In this document: positions 1 through 11,176 of the stretch, one piece after another
How the letters are laid out: each line of letters begins with the position of its first letter
Numbering within the stretch: position 1 is the stretch's first letter
IMG/VR virus record: IMGVR_UViG_3300026484_000007
Coordinates: 62,001 to 126,000 of that record
Reading direction: 5' to 3' (one strand)
DNA: 64,000 bases
The notes under the pieces: generated by a model
The model's input: the letters and a program-made list of their open reading frames with translations, nothing else
What the model was told of the DNA's origin: nothing
Databases searched by the model: none
Position numbers and translations under genes: made by a program

Positions 1-1
1 T

Positions 2-3000
2 ATGAAAGAAGAATTTGCTAAAATCTATGATAAAATATCTAATATAGATCAAACTGAAGAAATCGCTGAGATACAATTATCCATTAATAAAATTAATGAA
101 AGACTTACTGGAGATGAAGCTAAATTTTCTAATTTATCAAACACAGTAAAACTAGTTCAATCCACTGTTAATTCTTTTGAAAATTCTATGAGAGATACAA
201 TTAAAACATTTATTTCTCAAGAGCAAATGGATAGAGATGCTGCTATCTTAAAAACTCAAGAAAATATTATTAGTACTTATAACGCAAAACTTGCAGAGAT
301 TGAAACATTAAAAACCGAAATTAAATCCTTACAAGATTTAATTAATACTACGATAACTTATGATGCAACTGAAGCAGATCAAAGTTTAGTGGCAAGCAAT
401 TTAAATACTATTCTAAATAAATACAACGATCTTGTTACTCAAATTAATGATATCAATACTGAGTTAAACTCGATTGATGCAGAGTACACAAATAAATTAA
501 ATTTAATGGATCAATCAATTGATTTATTAAAAAATGATTTTAATACTTTAATTACAAACGAAGCTAACGCAAGAATTGCTCAAGATAATATTTTAAATGA
601 TAATATTAATGAAGTTAATACTAAAGTTATAGAAATTGTTGGAGGTTTAACGTCTGACAATACATTCCCTGAAATAAACAATAAAATTTTATTAAATCAA
701 AATAAAATTGAAACTCTTGATAATAACATTAAAGATGTTTACGATAATTTAAATAATAAATTCATGAGTCTTATAAATGACTTAAAAGATTCAATTATTG
801 AATTTAATAATTCATTATCAAATGAGATCGAAAATAGATCTAATGCTTTAGGGGAAATTGCTAATAAATTATTAGATGAAAGTACTGATAGAGCAAAAGG
901 AGATCAAGAAATTTTAGATTTACTTGCGCAAGCAAAATCTGAAATCGAGACTGGAATTTCCGATAACTCTACTAAAATTAATCAAGAAATTCAAGATAGA
1001 GCTAATGCGATCACTGCGCTTGATGATAAGTACACTGAGATTACTAATCAGAATCTTGCAAAGATCAATGATACTATCACTGATTTAAATAATGAGATTC
1101 AAACAAGAGTATCTGAAGATAAAGTTATTTCTGATAAATTAGATCAAGAAATTCAAGATAGAGTTCTTGCAATTAACACTGTTGTTCAAAAAATTGCTGA
1201 TGAAGCGAAACTTAGAAACGACGCTGATATCAATCTTACAAATGAAATTTCAAATATTAATGCTAAATTGAGTGCGATCTTTGATGGATCAACTGTAGAT
1301 CTTGATAGTTTCAAAGAAGTAGTTGATTATATTAATAAATTAAAGAATGATGAAGACGAAATCATCACAAACTTAGTTGATCAAGTTAATGCGAAGTACA
1401 CTGAAGTTAATCAATTAATTCTTGATAAAGAAAATGAAATTAAATCTGACCTTAGCGCTTTAGAAGATAAAGTTAATACTGAAGCAGAAATTCGATCTCA
1501 AGCAGATACTGTTTTAACTGAAAATATTAATAAAGAAGTTCAAGCAAGACAAGATGCGATTGCCCTTCTTAATAATACAATAAATAATATTAATTTAACG
1601 ATTACCAATAATCATAATGAAGTTCTTTTAAAAATTGATCAAGAGGTTCAAGATAGATCTACCGCAGATCAAGAAATAAAAGATTTAATAAGTGATACTA
1701 AAGATTCTTTTAATACTAAAGTTTCTGAAATTAATAATGCGTTAGTTCAAGAGGTTCAAGATAGAAAAGTAGCTGATACTGATCTTAAACAGATCACTGA
1801 TAATATCCTTCAAGATATTTCTGATAAATACAATATTTATCTAAACGACAGCAACGCTATTCATAATGAATTTACTAATATTTATGGTGGAGCACCAGAA
1901 GATTTTAGAAACTTCGCAGTAGTAAAAAATACAATCGATAATAACGAAGCGTATTTTAAAAAGGCTGTATCAGATTTAGATAATAAGTATAAAAATATTA
2001 CTGATAGTAATCTTGCAAAGATCACTAAAGAATCAATTGATAGACAAGATGCAGATCAAACTCTTGATAATAAAATAAGCTCTGAGATCGTTACGCGCGA
2101 GACCGCAGTTAATTCTTTAAATTCAAGAATTGATCAAGAAACTTTAGATAGATCTACTGCAAATCAAGATTTACTTAATAAGATTACTGATGAAATTAAT
2201 ACTAGAAAATCTGAAGATTCTAAATTAGATTCTAAGATTACTGATGAGATTACAGCGAGAACTAATGACGTTAGCAATCTTCAATCTCAAATTGATTCAG
2301 TATCAAGTGATGTTACTGATAAGTACACTGAGATTTCAGGTAAATTAAATAATGAAATCAATACAAGAGAATCTCAAGTTAAGACTCTTGATGATAAAAT
2401 TAATACTGAGATTCAGGATAGAGTTACTGCGATTAAGCAAGTTCATAATGAAGTTGCAGTGGAAACTCAAAGAGCTATCGCTAAAGAAGAATATATTCTT
2501 GAAATTGCTCAAGATAATCAATCTAAAATTGCTAGTATTTTAAAAGACGCAGATTCAACCATTGATTCATTTAAAGAATTAGATGATAAAATCAATGCAA
2601 ATAAAACAAGTCTTGATAATGATATTCACGATCTTGACATCAAAACTGAAAATTATTATAATGAATTAAGAACAGATGTAGACAATGAAGTAAGTATTAG
2701 ACAAAGAGATTTTAATACTTTAAATTCAAAAATTGATAATGAAATTGATAGTAGAATTACTGGGGATAAAATTTTAACTACTAAAATTGATTCTGAAGTA
2801 ACTGCTAGAGTTGACGCGGACAATGCTTTATCAAAAAGTATTCAAGATGAAGCAATTTATAGACAAACTGGAGATGAAAATCTTTCTAATAGAATCAATC
2901 AAGAGATCCAAGAAAGATCTGACGCAGATGCTAAATTAGAATCATTATTAAATAATGAAACTTTAGCAAGAAAAGATGCTGACGATGCTCTTCAAGCTCA

Positions 3001-5011
3001 AATCGATAATCTTGTAACTAAAGATACTGAAATTTATACAAGAATTGATGAAATCGATGAAAGAATTACTAACGATGAAGGTGCTTTTGATACACGATTG
3101 AAAGACCTTGAAAGCTCTGTTGGAAATATTTTAGATTTAGCTCCAGAAGATCTTGATTCATTCAAAGAAATCATTGATTGGGTAAAAAATATCGATGCTG
3201 AGAATGATGCAGATTTATCTAATTTCATTGCTACCGCTAATGCTAAAATCGATGACCTTTATGAAAAATTAGATGAAGAAAGAGATCAAAGAGCTAATGT
3301 AGACGAAAAATTATTAACAACTATTGAGCAAGAAATTCAAGATAGAAAAGTTGCAGATGATGATCTTGATAGCAGATTAAATACTGAAATCTCTGATCGA
3401 GAACATGCTGACTCTTTACTTAAAGGTAAAATTAATGCTGAAGTAACTAGAGCTAAATCAGCTGAGCAAGATCTTAATGATAAAATTGTTGATGAAGAAA
3501 CTAGAGCTAAATCAGAAGAATCTAAATTAGATTCAAAAATAAATGATGAAGTTTCTAGAGCTAAAGACGCAGAAGGTACTTTAGTATTCAATAATGATAT
3601 CCTAAATGAAGATGGAAGTACTCCAGATAATTTAACTGATGCAATCAATGATGTTGATAGAAAAATTTCTGGATATTACAATGAAGTAACTCAAGAAATA
3701 ACTGATCTAAATACTAAAATTGATCATTCTGTATCTGATCTTCAAGCAGAGATCACTCAAGAAAAACAAGATAGATCTAATGAAGATGTAAAAATTTATG
3801 ATGCAATCAATAAAGAGATCTTAGATAGATCTAAAGCAGATACTGATTTATACAATAAAATTACAAAAGAAACAACTGACAGAGAAATTGCAGATCAAAA
3901 TCTTTTAAATTTAATCAATGATAATGAAAAAGACAATTCTAACGAACACACTGTATTCGATAATAGAATTTCTGATCTTGAAAGTAAACTTAATAATATT
4001 TTATCTGGATCAGATATTAACTTAGATAGCTTCAGAGAAATCGTAGATTACATTAATTCTATCGATATTCAAAATGATGAAGAATTATCTGAATTTATCT
4101 CAAGTACTACTTTAAAACTTGATGAATTAAATTCTAAAATCGAAACAGAAATCGATAATAGAACTCAAGATTATCTTGAATTAGACGATGAAGTAAAATC
4201 TTTAGTTGCAACTGAAACCGAAAACAGAATTGCAGCTGACGCAGATCTTAAAAAATACGTTGATGATATGGTTTTAAAAGAATCTGCTGAAAGAAAAGAT
4301 GAAGACAATCAATTAAGAAAATTAATTAATGATTACTTAGATTTAGTAGATGAAGCTAAAGCGGATCTTACTAAATACATTGATAATAAAATCGAGGAAG
4401 AAAAGCAAGATAGAATTTCTCAAGACGATTATTTAAATAAAAGAATTGATACTGAAATCAACGATAGATCTTTAGCTGATGATAAACTTCACGATGAAAT
4501 TATCCAAGAAGCTGATACAAGAGCTATCGAAGATAAAAAACTTCAAGACCAAATAAATAACGAAGTTAATCGAGCAATTAATGCTGAAGATAGATTAGCT
4601 CTTAATTTATCAAATGAAATCAATAGAGCTAAAAATGCGGAAGGAGATCTTGATTTCAACGATGACATCAGAAATGAAGATGGTACTAAAGCAGATAATT
4701 TAACTGAAGCAATCAATATTGTGGATGAAAAATACTACTCTACGATTAACGAAGTTATAGAAAAGCTTGATCAAGAGATCCAAGATAGATCTGTTGCAGA
4801 TCAACTTTTACAAGATGCTCTAGATCAAGAAAAACAAGAAAGAATTGATTCTGATGGTACTCTTGATTTCGATGATGACATTAGAAATGAAGATGGTACT
4901 AAAGCAGATAACTTAACTGACGCAATTAATGCGGTTAATAGAAAATATAATTCTATAATCTTAATGATTACATCATTAAAATCTGAAATTGAAGCGCTAC
5001 GAAGACAATAA
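2..5011 (+). CDS. Large coiled-coil repeat protein, probable tail fibre/virion structural protein (5' partial)
   Basis: Open from window edge. Many E-x-x-x-R-x-x-x-D heptad-like repeats, recurrent 'DLDSFKE(I/V)' and 'EGxLxFNxDIxNEDG..DNLTDAIN' modules. Confidence 0.6.
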   Translation: MKEEFAKIYDKISNIDQTEEIAEIQLSINKINERLTGDEAKFSNLSNTVKLVQSTVNSFENSMRDTIKTFISQEQMDRDAAILKTQENIISTYNAKLAEIETLKTEIKSLQDLINTTITYDATEADQSLVASNLNTILNKYNDLVTQINDINTELNSIDAEYTNKLNLMDQSIDLLKNDFNTLITNEANARIAQDNILNDNINEVNTKVIEIVGGLTSDNTFPEINNKILLNQNKIETLDNNIKDVYDNLNNKFMSLINDLKDSIIEFNNSLSNEIENRSNALGEIANKLLDESTDRAKGDQEILDLLAQAKSEIETGISDNSTKINQEIQDRANAITALDDKYTEITNQNLAKINDTITDLNNEIQTRVSEDKVISDKLDQEIQDRVLAINTVVQKIADEAKLRNDADINLTNEISNINAKLSAIFDGSTVDLDSFKEVVDYINKLKNDEDEIITNLVDQVNAKYTEVNQLILDKENEIKSDLSALEDKVNTEAEIRSQADTVLTENINKEVQARQDAIALLNNTINNINLTITNNHNEVLLKIDQEVQDRSTADQEIKDLISDTKDSFNTKVSEINNALVQEVQDRKVADTDLKQITDNILQDISDKYNIYLNDSNAIHNEFTNIYGGAPEDFRNFAVVKNTIDNNEAYFKKAVSDLDNKYKNITDSNLAKITKESIDRQDADQTLDNKISSEIVTRETAVNSLNSRIDQETLDRSTANQDLLNKITDEINTRKSEDSKLDSKITDEITARTNDVSNLQSQIDSVSSDVTDKYTEISGKLNNEINTRESQVKTLDDKINTEIQDRVTAIKQVHNEVAVETQRAIAKEEYILEIAQDNQSKIASILKDADSTIDSFKELDDKINANKTSLDNDIHDLDIKTENYYNELRTDVDNEVSIRQRDFNTLNSKIDNEIDSRITGDKILTTKIDSEVTARVDADNALSKSIQDEAIYRQTGDENLSNRINQEIQERSDADAKLESLLNNETLARKDADDALQAQIDNLVTKDTEIYTRIDEIDERITNDEGAFDTRLKDLESSVGNILDLAPEDLDSFKEIIDWVKNIDAENDADLSNFIATANAKIDDLYEKLDEERDQRANVDEKLLTTIEQEIQDRKVADDDLDSRLNTEISDREHADSLLKGKINAEVTRAKSAEQDLNDKIVDEETRAKSEESKLDSKINDEVSRAKDAEGTLVFNNDILNEDGSTPDNLTDAINDVDRKISGYYNEVTQEITDLNTKIDHSVSDLQAEITQEKQDRSNEDVKIYDAINKEILDRSKADTDLYNKITKETTDREIADQNLLNLINDNEKDNSNEHTVFDNRISDLESKLNNILSGSDINLDSFREIVDYINSIDIQNDEELSEFISSTTLKLDELNSKIETEIDNRTQDYLELDDEVKSLVATETENRIAADADLKKYVDDMVLKESAERKDEDNQLRKLINDYLDLVDEAKADLTKYIDNKIEEEKQDRISQDDYLNKRIDTEINDRSLADDKLHDEIIQEADTRAIEDKKLQDQINNEVNRAINAEDRLALNLSNEINRAKNAEGDLDFNDDIRNEDGTKADNLTEAINIVDEKYYSTINEVIEKLDQEIQDRSVADQLLQDALDQEKQERIDSDGTLDFDDDIRNEDGTKADNLTDAINAVNRKYNSIILMITSLKSEIEALRRQ

Positions 5012-5053
5012 TATAATACAATTATAATAATTTATAATAATTTTAAGATTTAT

Positions 5054-5080
5054 AAAAAGGATCTTTTTTAGATCCTTTTA
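5054..5080 (+). terminator. Hairpin AAAAGGATC-N7-GATCCTTTT after the 1669-aa ORF
   Basis: Inverted repeat with T-tail, intergenic; built on the GATC-N7-GATC motif. Confidence 0.45.
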
Positions 5081-5096
5081 AAATAAGGAGACTAAA

Positions 5097-6821
5097 ATGG
5101 CTGAAATAAATGATACCTCAGTTTTAAATGCGAATGCAGGGATGAGTATTTATGATGTAAATTTTAATTTAATGCAATTCGCTAGCGTTTATAACGATTT
5201 CATTGATACTGTAAATCCTAAAACTATGATTCTTCAGCGAATCGTTAATAAAGAAATTCTATCTGTTGAAATTGAAAATGTCGCAAGTATTAAAAATAAA
5301 TTAAAAAGCGATATTGATAAAGAAAAACAAGATAGAATTGAAGCAGATAATGAAATCAAAAAAACCATTGAAGAAAAAACCGAAGAATTCGATGCTAAAA
5401 TAGCAGCTGAAGCTAAAAAAAGAATCGATCAAGACGTAATTCTTGATAATAAAATCGATACTGAAATTTCTAGAGCTAAAGATGCAGAAAATACTTTAGA
5501 TACAAAAATTATTAATGAATCTAACCGAGCTCTTGAAGCAGAAAAAGATCTTAATGATAAAATTAGTGCTGAAGCTTCACGAGCGAAATCTGTAGAAAAT
5601 CAATTAAGAACTGATTTAGATGCCGAAACTCTTAGAGCTAAAACGACTGAAGATCAATTAAGATCTGATTTAGATGCTGAAGTTCTTAGAGCTAAATCAG
5701 AAGAATCTAAATTAGATTCAAAGATTGAAGACGAAATTACTCGAGCAACTTCTGTTGAAAATGAATTAAGATCTGATTTAGATACAACTATGGATAAATT
5801 AGATCAAGAAATCGATAGAGCTAAAAAAGCTGACGGTTCTTTAGTATTTAACGATACAATCAAAAATGACGATGGAAGTACTCCAGATAACTTAACTGAC
5901 GCAATTAATGACGTTGATGAAAGATACGAGCATATCACATCTTCATTAATTCAAGATCTTTCTTTTGAGTCTAAATTTAGGCAAGAAGAAGATGAAAAAT
6001 TACAAGAAGAAATTTCTAATGAAATTGCTAGAGCTAAAGATGCAGAAGGACCATTAAAATTCAATGATGATATCAGAAATGAAGATGGTACTTTAGCAAC
6101 AGATCTAACAAACGCAATTAATATTGTGGATGATAGATTAAATAATACTACTAAAGCATTAAAAGATAAAGATGAAAAAATTCTTGAATACATTGATGCT
6201 CAAATTGAAAAAATTATAAATGGATCTCCAGAAGCTTTAGATACTTTAAAAGAATTAGCTGATGCGCTTGGAGATGATCCGCAATTTGCTACAACTATTT
6301 TAGATAAAATTTCTAAATTAAATTCTAAAATAGGTAATTTAGATGAATTAAACACTGATGATAAATCTAGTTTAGTAAAAGCATTAATTGAAGTTCAATT
6401 AGAAATCAATAATGAAGCTAAAATTAGAGTCGCTGCAGATAACACTTTAAATACTAAAATTTTAAATGAAGAAGCTAGAGCTAAAGATGCAGAAAAAGAT
6501 TTAGATTATAAAATCGAAAAAGAAATCGATAGAGCAATCAATGAAGATAAAATTCTTGATGATAAAATCGATGAAGAAATTATTCGAGCGAAAGAAGCTG
6601 AAGGTACTCTTGTATTCGAAGAAAACATAAGAAACCACGATGGTACTAAACCAGATAATTTAACTGATGCAATTAATGCAGTTAATAAAACTTGTTTTGA
6701 GAGAATTGATCAAGCATTTGATGCGTTAGATAACTTTGGATCTTTTATAGATACGTTAGATTCTTCTGAACCAAGTATTGACATAGATTTCTTAAAAATA
6801 GAAATCAAAAAATTATTCTAA
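5097..6821 (+). CDS. Tail-fibre-like coiled-coil repeat protein
   Basis: Classic fibre motif GSPEALDTLKELADALGDDPQFATTI; same repeat modules as the upstream ORF; AAGGAG RBS. Confidence 0.7.
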   Translation: MAEINDTSVLNANAGMSIYDVNFNLMQFASVYNDFIDTVNPKTMILQRIVNKEILSVEIENVASIKNKLKSDIDKEKQDRIEADNEIKKTIEEKTEEFDAKIAAEAKKRIDQDVILDNKIDTEISRAKDAENTLDTKIINESNRALEAEKDLNDKISAEASRAKSVENQLRTDLDAETLRAKTTEDQLRSDLDAEVLRAKSEESKLDSKIEDEITRATSVENELRSDLDTTMDKLDQEIDRAKKADGSLVFNDTIKNDDGSTPDNLTDAINDVDERYEHITSSLIQDLSFESKFRQEEDEKLQEEISNEIARAKDAEGPLKFNDDIRNEDGTLATDLTNAINIVDDRLNNTTKALKDKDEKILEYIDAQIEKIINGSPEALDTLKELADALGDDPQFATTILDKISKLNSKIGNLDELNTDDKSSLVKALIEVQLEINNEAKIRVAADNTLNTKILNEEARAKDAEKDLDYKIEKEIDRAINEDKILDDKIDEEIIRAKEAEGTLVFEENIRNHDGTKPDNLTDAINAVNKTCFERIDQAFDALDNFGSFIDTLDSSEPSIDIDFLKIEIKKLF

Positions 6822-6831
6822 GGAGCCTTTT

Positions 6832-7398
6832 ATGTCAAAATTAACTCAAGATATTTTAGAATTATTACAGTATGTAATAGAATTGCAAAAAAATTATGCA
6901 AATGAAAAAGTTGACGAAAAAGTTGACGAAGTTATCGCAGATCTTGGTCAAACCAAAGACGAATTAAAAGCTTTAGTAAACGCATTAGATGCATTAGATT
7001 TCAAAGAAGATGGTGAAATTGATGTTGCTACTTTAACTAAAGCAGTTGCTGATACCAAAGCAGCATTAGAATTAAATGCTAATGATTTAGATGCGTTAAA
7101 AGGTACTATCGCTGATATGACTGCTAACATCAGCAATATTGCAGAAACACTTGGTGGTTTAGATGAAATTGATGCTCTTAAAAATGATATTTCAGGTATC
7201 AAAAACATCATTGATAATTTTACAGGTGATGACGATATCGCTGATCTTAAAGAAAGAGTATCTACAATAGAAACTAAAGTTGAAGATTTATCTTTAGATG
7301 TTGAAGCAATTAAAGCGCAATTAAGTTTAAGCGTTTCCGCTGAAACTTCTGAGTCAACTGAGACTTCTGAGACAGGAACTACTCCTACATCTTTCTAA
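6832..7398 (+). CDS. Acidic coiled-coil protein, possibly structural
   Basis: AAGGAG RBS, heptad pattern, S/T/E-rich tail. Confidence 0.6.
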   Translation: MSKLTQDILELLQYVIELQKNYANEKVDEKVDEVIADLGQTKDELKALVNALDALDFKEDGEIDVATLTKAVADTKAALELNANDLDALKGTIADMTANISNIAETLGGLDEIDALKNDISGIKNIIDNFTGDDDIADLKERVSTIETKVEDLSLDVEAIKAQLSLSVSAETSESTETSETGTTPTSF

Positions 7399-7421
7399 TA
7401 AATTCGTAATAAAAGTTTTTT

Positions 7422-7476
7422 GGGAAAGTGATCTAAAAAAGATCACTTTCCAGCTTTTTTTTGTCGTCAGAAAAAA
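7422..7476 (+). terminator. Hairpin + T-tract + GTCGTCAG-A6 motif
   Basis: ggaaagtgatc-N7-gatcactttcc then T8 gtcgtcag A6. Confidence 0.65.
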
Positions 7477-7601
7477 CTTGAGTTCCAGAACGTTGCGCTT
7501 CTATAGCTATCTAAAGATATATAGCAGTTCTAAAACTAATTTAGAACTCGTATATATCACTTGTATCTAAAAAAGATGCTACATTGAAAATCAAAGTTTT
7601 C
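7471..7601. repeat. Dispersed ~130-bp imperfect palindrome, copy 1
   Basis: Core agcagttctaaa..tttagaactcgtatatatc; arms match copies at 14165, 32705, 39776, 60478. Confidence 0.9.
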
Positions 7602-7677
7602 AACTAAAAATATTTTTAAAACAAAAATTTGGATAAATAAATTTTATCCAAATTTTTATAAAATTTAAGGAGCTAAT

Positions 7678-8532
7678 ATGGCTGATAATACTGTTAATAC
7701 TAATTATGTAACTGAAGATGAATTAAAAGCATTTGCTGAGCAAGTTCATGCATGTGTATTAAATACTATTGCTACAGAAGAAACATCTTATACTGAACTT
7801 GTAAAAGAATTCGTTGAATCTAAAGTTACTGAACTTGAAAATAAATTAGTTAATAACGAAGATTGGCTAAAAGCTAAAGAAACTATTGATTCTTTATTAG
7901 CAGTTTTCGATGAAAACACTGATGGTTCTTTAAGTGCTGAAGAACTTTTAACTAAAATCGGTGAATTCAAAGCTAATGTTGATGCGTTAAGTGCTAAAAT
8001 TGCTGACGTTGAATCTAAAATTGATGCAGGTCTTTCTGATTTAAACGCTAAAATTGCTGTAAATGAATCTACAATTGATGAAGTAACTTCTAAAGTTGAC
8101 GAAGCTTTAAATAACTATAATGATACTGTAGAAAAAGTTGCAACTATCGAAGGTTCTATTACTGACGTTAATGCTAGAATTGACGATGTTGAATCTAAAA
8201 TTGAGGCTGTAGCTCAAGCTGCTGCAGACGGTGTTAGTGAAGAACTTGAAAGCACAGTTGCTACTCTTAAAGAAGACATTGAAACTTTCAAAGCTAACGT
8301 AAATACTGTTGTTGATGAAGCGCAAGAAGAAGTTAAAACTAAAATAATTACTGAAGTTAAAACTGAAGTTTCTGCGATGTTCACTGGAATGCAAGAAGCG
8401 TTCGCTGCGTCTTGTGATGCTGCAAAAACAACTATTGAAGAAAGAATGGCTAATTTAAGATCAGCTTTCGGATTACCAGCTGCGGCTGATACAACTAATA
8501 CTTCTATAGATGGTGATGGTGCAGTAGTTTAA
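7678..8532 (+). CDS. Acidic coiled-coil protein, possibly structural
   Basis: AAGGAG RBS, Ala/Glu/Val-rich heptads. Confidence 0.6.
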   Translation: MADNTVNTNYVTEDELKAFAEQVHACVLNTIATEETSYTELVKEFVESKVTELENKLVNNEDWLKAKETIDSLLAVFDENTDGSLSAEELLTKIGEFKANVDALSAKIADVESKIDAGLSDLNAKIAVNESTIDEVTSKVDEALNNYNDTVEKVATIEGSITDVNARIDDVESKIEAVAQAAADGVSEELESTVATLKEDIETFKANVNTVVDEAQEEVKTKIITEVKTEVSAMFTGMQEAFAASCDAAKTTIEERMANLRSAFGLPAAADTTNTSIDGDGAVV

Positions 8533-8594
8533 TAACTACTCCCTCCCCTTCTTTTTTTGTCGTTAGAAAAAAACGAATCGAAAAAGGATCTTTT

Positions 8595-8930
8595 ATGGGA
8601 TATAAAAAATACGAAGTTCTTGTAAGAAAAATCAGTAAGACTGATATCGACGATGTAATTAAAATTTTTAAAAAAGCAATTAATACTAAACAAGAATCCG
8701 ATCCAGATACTTACTGGGCAGCAGGAATTTTTGATCTTAGAACTTTAAAAGAATTTATTATTTTCAGCGATAAAGCTGCAGAAATATTTAGTATTGATGA
8801 TGAATACGTCACAAAACATTATGAGAAAATTCCTGGCGTCATGTTTTTAGGTCAAAGGATTACTGATAGAATCCCTGATGAAATTATGGATAAAATCATT
8901 GAAGAATTGAAAGCGCGCGGAGTCGTCTGA
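8595..8930 (+). CDS. Hypothetical protein
   Basis: 111-aa ORF with AAGGA RBS. Confidence 0.6.
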   Translation: MGYKKYEVLVRKISKTDIDDVIKIFKKAINTKQESDPDTYWAAGIFDLRTLKEFIIFSDKAAEIFSIDDEYVTKHYEKIPGVMFLGQRITDRIPDEIMDKIIEELKARGVV

Positions 8931-9000
8931 AAAACAGTGATCCGCGGACGTTAATCAATCAAAGATACACAAAGATATAAAAGCAGTTCTAAAATTTCTA
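8929..9000. repeat. Dispersed palindrome family, left-half copy
   Basis: gatacacaaagatataaaagcagttctaaaa matches the left arm of copies at 39776 and 60478. Confidence 0.75.
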
Positions 9001-9004
9001 CGAA

Positions 9005-9050
9005 TTTTTTCTAACGACAAAAAAAGTGGATCCTTTTGGATCCACTTTTT
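9005..9050 (-). terminator. Hairpin + T7-GTCGTTAG-A6 between convergent genes
   Basis: aaaaagtggatccttttggatccacttttt, possibly bidirectional. Confidence 0.65.
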
Positions 9051-9095
9051 CTAACCTCTCTCACCGTCTCCTAAATTATTTAAAATTATTCTAAA

Positions 9096-10676
9096 TTATT
9101 TTACTAATTTATTTTTCATGATAGTCACGAACGAACTTAATTGTCTTTCTAAATCTACTTTATTCTGATCAATAGTATTAAAATCATCATCAACGAATAA
9201 ATTAAAATTTAATTTAATACTTAAATCTTTAGCTATAGCATTCAATATATCATCTACAGCAGCACTATCTCCAATTATTTCATAAAAATAATTAAACATT
9301 TCAAGATTTAAATATTCTTTAATGATATTAAAATTTTTCTTTTTTGAATTATTTTTGAAAAATTTATGATTTAATTTATGATAATAACTTTCTTTAGTAA
9401 AAGAATTTTTAGTAAATTTAGTGATAGTGTTATATAAAAAACTATGATCTAAAAAATTTATTTGATCTTTATTATACGCTCGCATAAAATCAAAATAATT
9501 TGGTTCAAAGAATGATTGAATGAATTCATCGTTATATACTGAAAAATAATCGTCTTTTAAGAATCTCTTATGTTTATTCAAGAATACAACTAACATTGAA
9601 TCAATTATGAAAGTATTCGTATTCAATTCATTACTATCATCAAACACTAAATTAAAATTTTCAGTAAATAAATTTTCTAATTGTTTAAAGAATCCAACTT
9701 TTACTTTACTAAGATTAGTAGCATAAAAACTAAATAAATTTTGATGAATTAAAGTTAAATACGAACTGAATATTGCTCTAAGAGTCATTGGATTTTTATT
9801 TTTAATCGCAGTAAACATTAAATACTTAAGAACTCTTTCAATGATTTGATCAGGAGTAATCATTAAAATATCATAATAAAATTCTCCAATTTTTGTCTTA
9901 CTATTGTATTTTACCAACCATTGTTCGATTAATGATTTAAGTGTTAAAAGAAATCTAGTTAATTCGGCTTGTCTTCCTAAGATCGAATAAAGATCTTTTA
10001 AGAATAATTCTAATGGATTTTTTGCTCTTTTGATGTTAGTAACTTCTTTTTCAGCTAAATACATCTTAGCGAATTCTTCGAGTACTTTTAAATAATAATG
10101 AAATGATACTAATGTCAATTTATTTACACCTTCATCGAACATCGTTAATTCAATATCATCTGTTAAATTTTTATAAATTTCATGATACATTAATTTATCT
10201 TCTTCAGATAAAAATTCATTATTTTCTTCTTTTCTTTTTAACTCTTTATCAATTTTTTCATAAATAAGATTTTTTATATGCTTATCTATTTTAACGAATT
10301 GCTCGATGGTTAATTGTATTTGATATTCATTTTCAGGTTTATTACCAAGAAGAACATCGAGGTTATTAAAAACAACATCTTTATCTAAAACAGAACTTAG
10401 TTCTTCGTAAATATAAGTTTCAATTTCGAAATCAAGATCATGCTCAACTAAGAAATTTTCTACGATTTCTTCAATCTTTTTATAATCGTATTTTAATTTT
10501 TTTTCTTTTTTATCTTTAAGACTAGCGTAAACGAGTTTAAGTTTTTCGTTTACTTTATCATAAGATTTATTTTCAGATTTATTTTCATTTGCCGTTTCCG
10601 GCATCTCTGACGTTTCTATGGATGTTTCATTAGTTGTCTGTACCTGATCCTGATTCTCCATCTTTAACCTCCTCAA
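9096..10676 (-). CDS. Hypothetical protein
   Basis: 526-aa ORF; likely start at MENQ behind GAGG. Confidence 0.7.
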   Translation of the reverse strand: MRRLKMENQDQVQTTNETSIETSEMPETANENKSENKSYDKVNEKLKLVYASLKDKKEKKLKYDYKKIEEIVENFLVEHDLDFEIETYIYEELSSVLDKDVVFNNLDVLLGNKPENEYQIQLTIEQFVKIDKHIKNLIYEKIDKELKRKEENNEFLSEEDKLMYHEIYKNLTDDIELTMFDEGVNKLTLVSFHYYLKVLEEFAKMYLAEKEVTNIKRAKNPLELFLKDLYSILGRQAELTRFLLTLKSLIEQWLVKYNSKTKIGEFYYDILMITPDQIIERVLKYLMFTAIKNKNPMTLRAIFSSYLTLIHQNLFSFYATNLSKVKVGFFKQLENLFTENFNLVFDDSNELNTNTFIIDSMLVVFLNKHKRFLKDDYFSVYNDEFIQSFFEPNYFDFMRAYNKDQINFLDHSFLYNTITKFTKNSFTKESYYHKLNHKFFKNNSKKKNFNIIKEYLNLEMFNYFYEIIGDSAAVDDILNAIAKDLSIKLNFNLFVDDDFNTIDQNKVDLERQLSSFVTIMKNKLVK

Positions 10677-11070
10677 TTTTTTCTTTCATTTTTTTCTTGA
10701 TTTCGACAAATTTTTCTTTTAAACTATGATTAACTTCTTCAATAAGCTCTGCTTCAGATTTCGCAGGATTAGCTTTGAATCCCATCATATTTAATTCAAA
10801 TGTTATACTTTCTGTTAATTCGTATTGATCCAATGGATGAACTTCATCTGGATTTATTGCAGTTACTTGAAAATCTGGATCATCTTCATTTTCAATAAAA
10901 CTGATTTTTACAAAGTATTTATTTTTTAAATCATTTATTTCAACGATATGCGTTTGAATTTTTTCTTGTAAATATTTTTCAAATTCTTCTTTTGATAAGT
11001 CTTTATTATTTTGAAAAATTTCTACAGAAATTAATCTACTCGGTCCAATTTTTTTAGTATTTTCGCTCAT
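10630..11070 (-). CDS. Hypothetical protein
   Basis: AAGGAG RBS; TATAAATA upstream on the minus strand. Confidence 0.65.
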   Translation of the reverse strand: MSENTKKIGPSRLISVEIFQNNKDLSKEEFEKYLQEKIQTHIVEINDLKNKYFVKISFIENEDDPDFQVTAINPDEVHPLDQYELTESITFELNMMGFKANPAKSEAELIEEVNHSLKEKFVEIKKKMKEKIEEVKDGESGSGTDN

Positions 11071-11176
11071 TGTATCTCCTTAAGATCTTTTTATTTATAT
11101 AGGTATATCATTGTTGATCTTTAAAAGATCTCTCTTTAAAAAACAAATTTATATATTTTTAAAGGAGTAAATAAAA

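Noticed and set aside
2352-8394. Short alternative-frame and antisense ORFs inside the fibre/coiled-coil genes
   Set aside because: Shadows of biased codon usage with no RBS or motifs; the same applies to the other short overlapping ORFs in the track (e.g. 11908, 12752, 30228, 31096, 32111, 53462, 61119)
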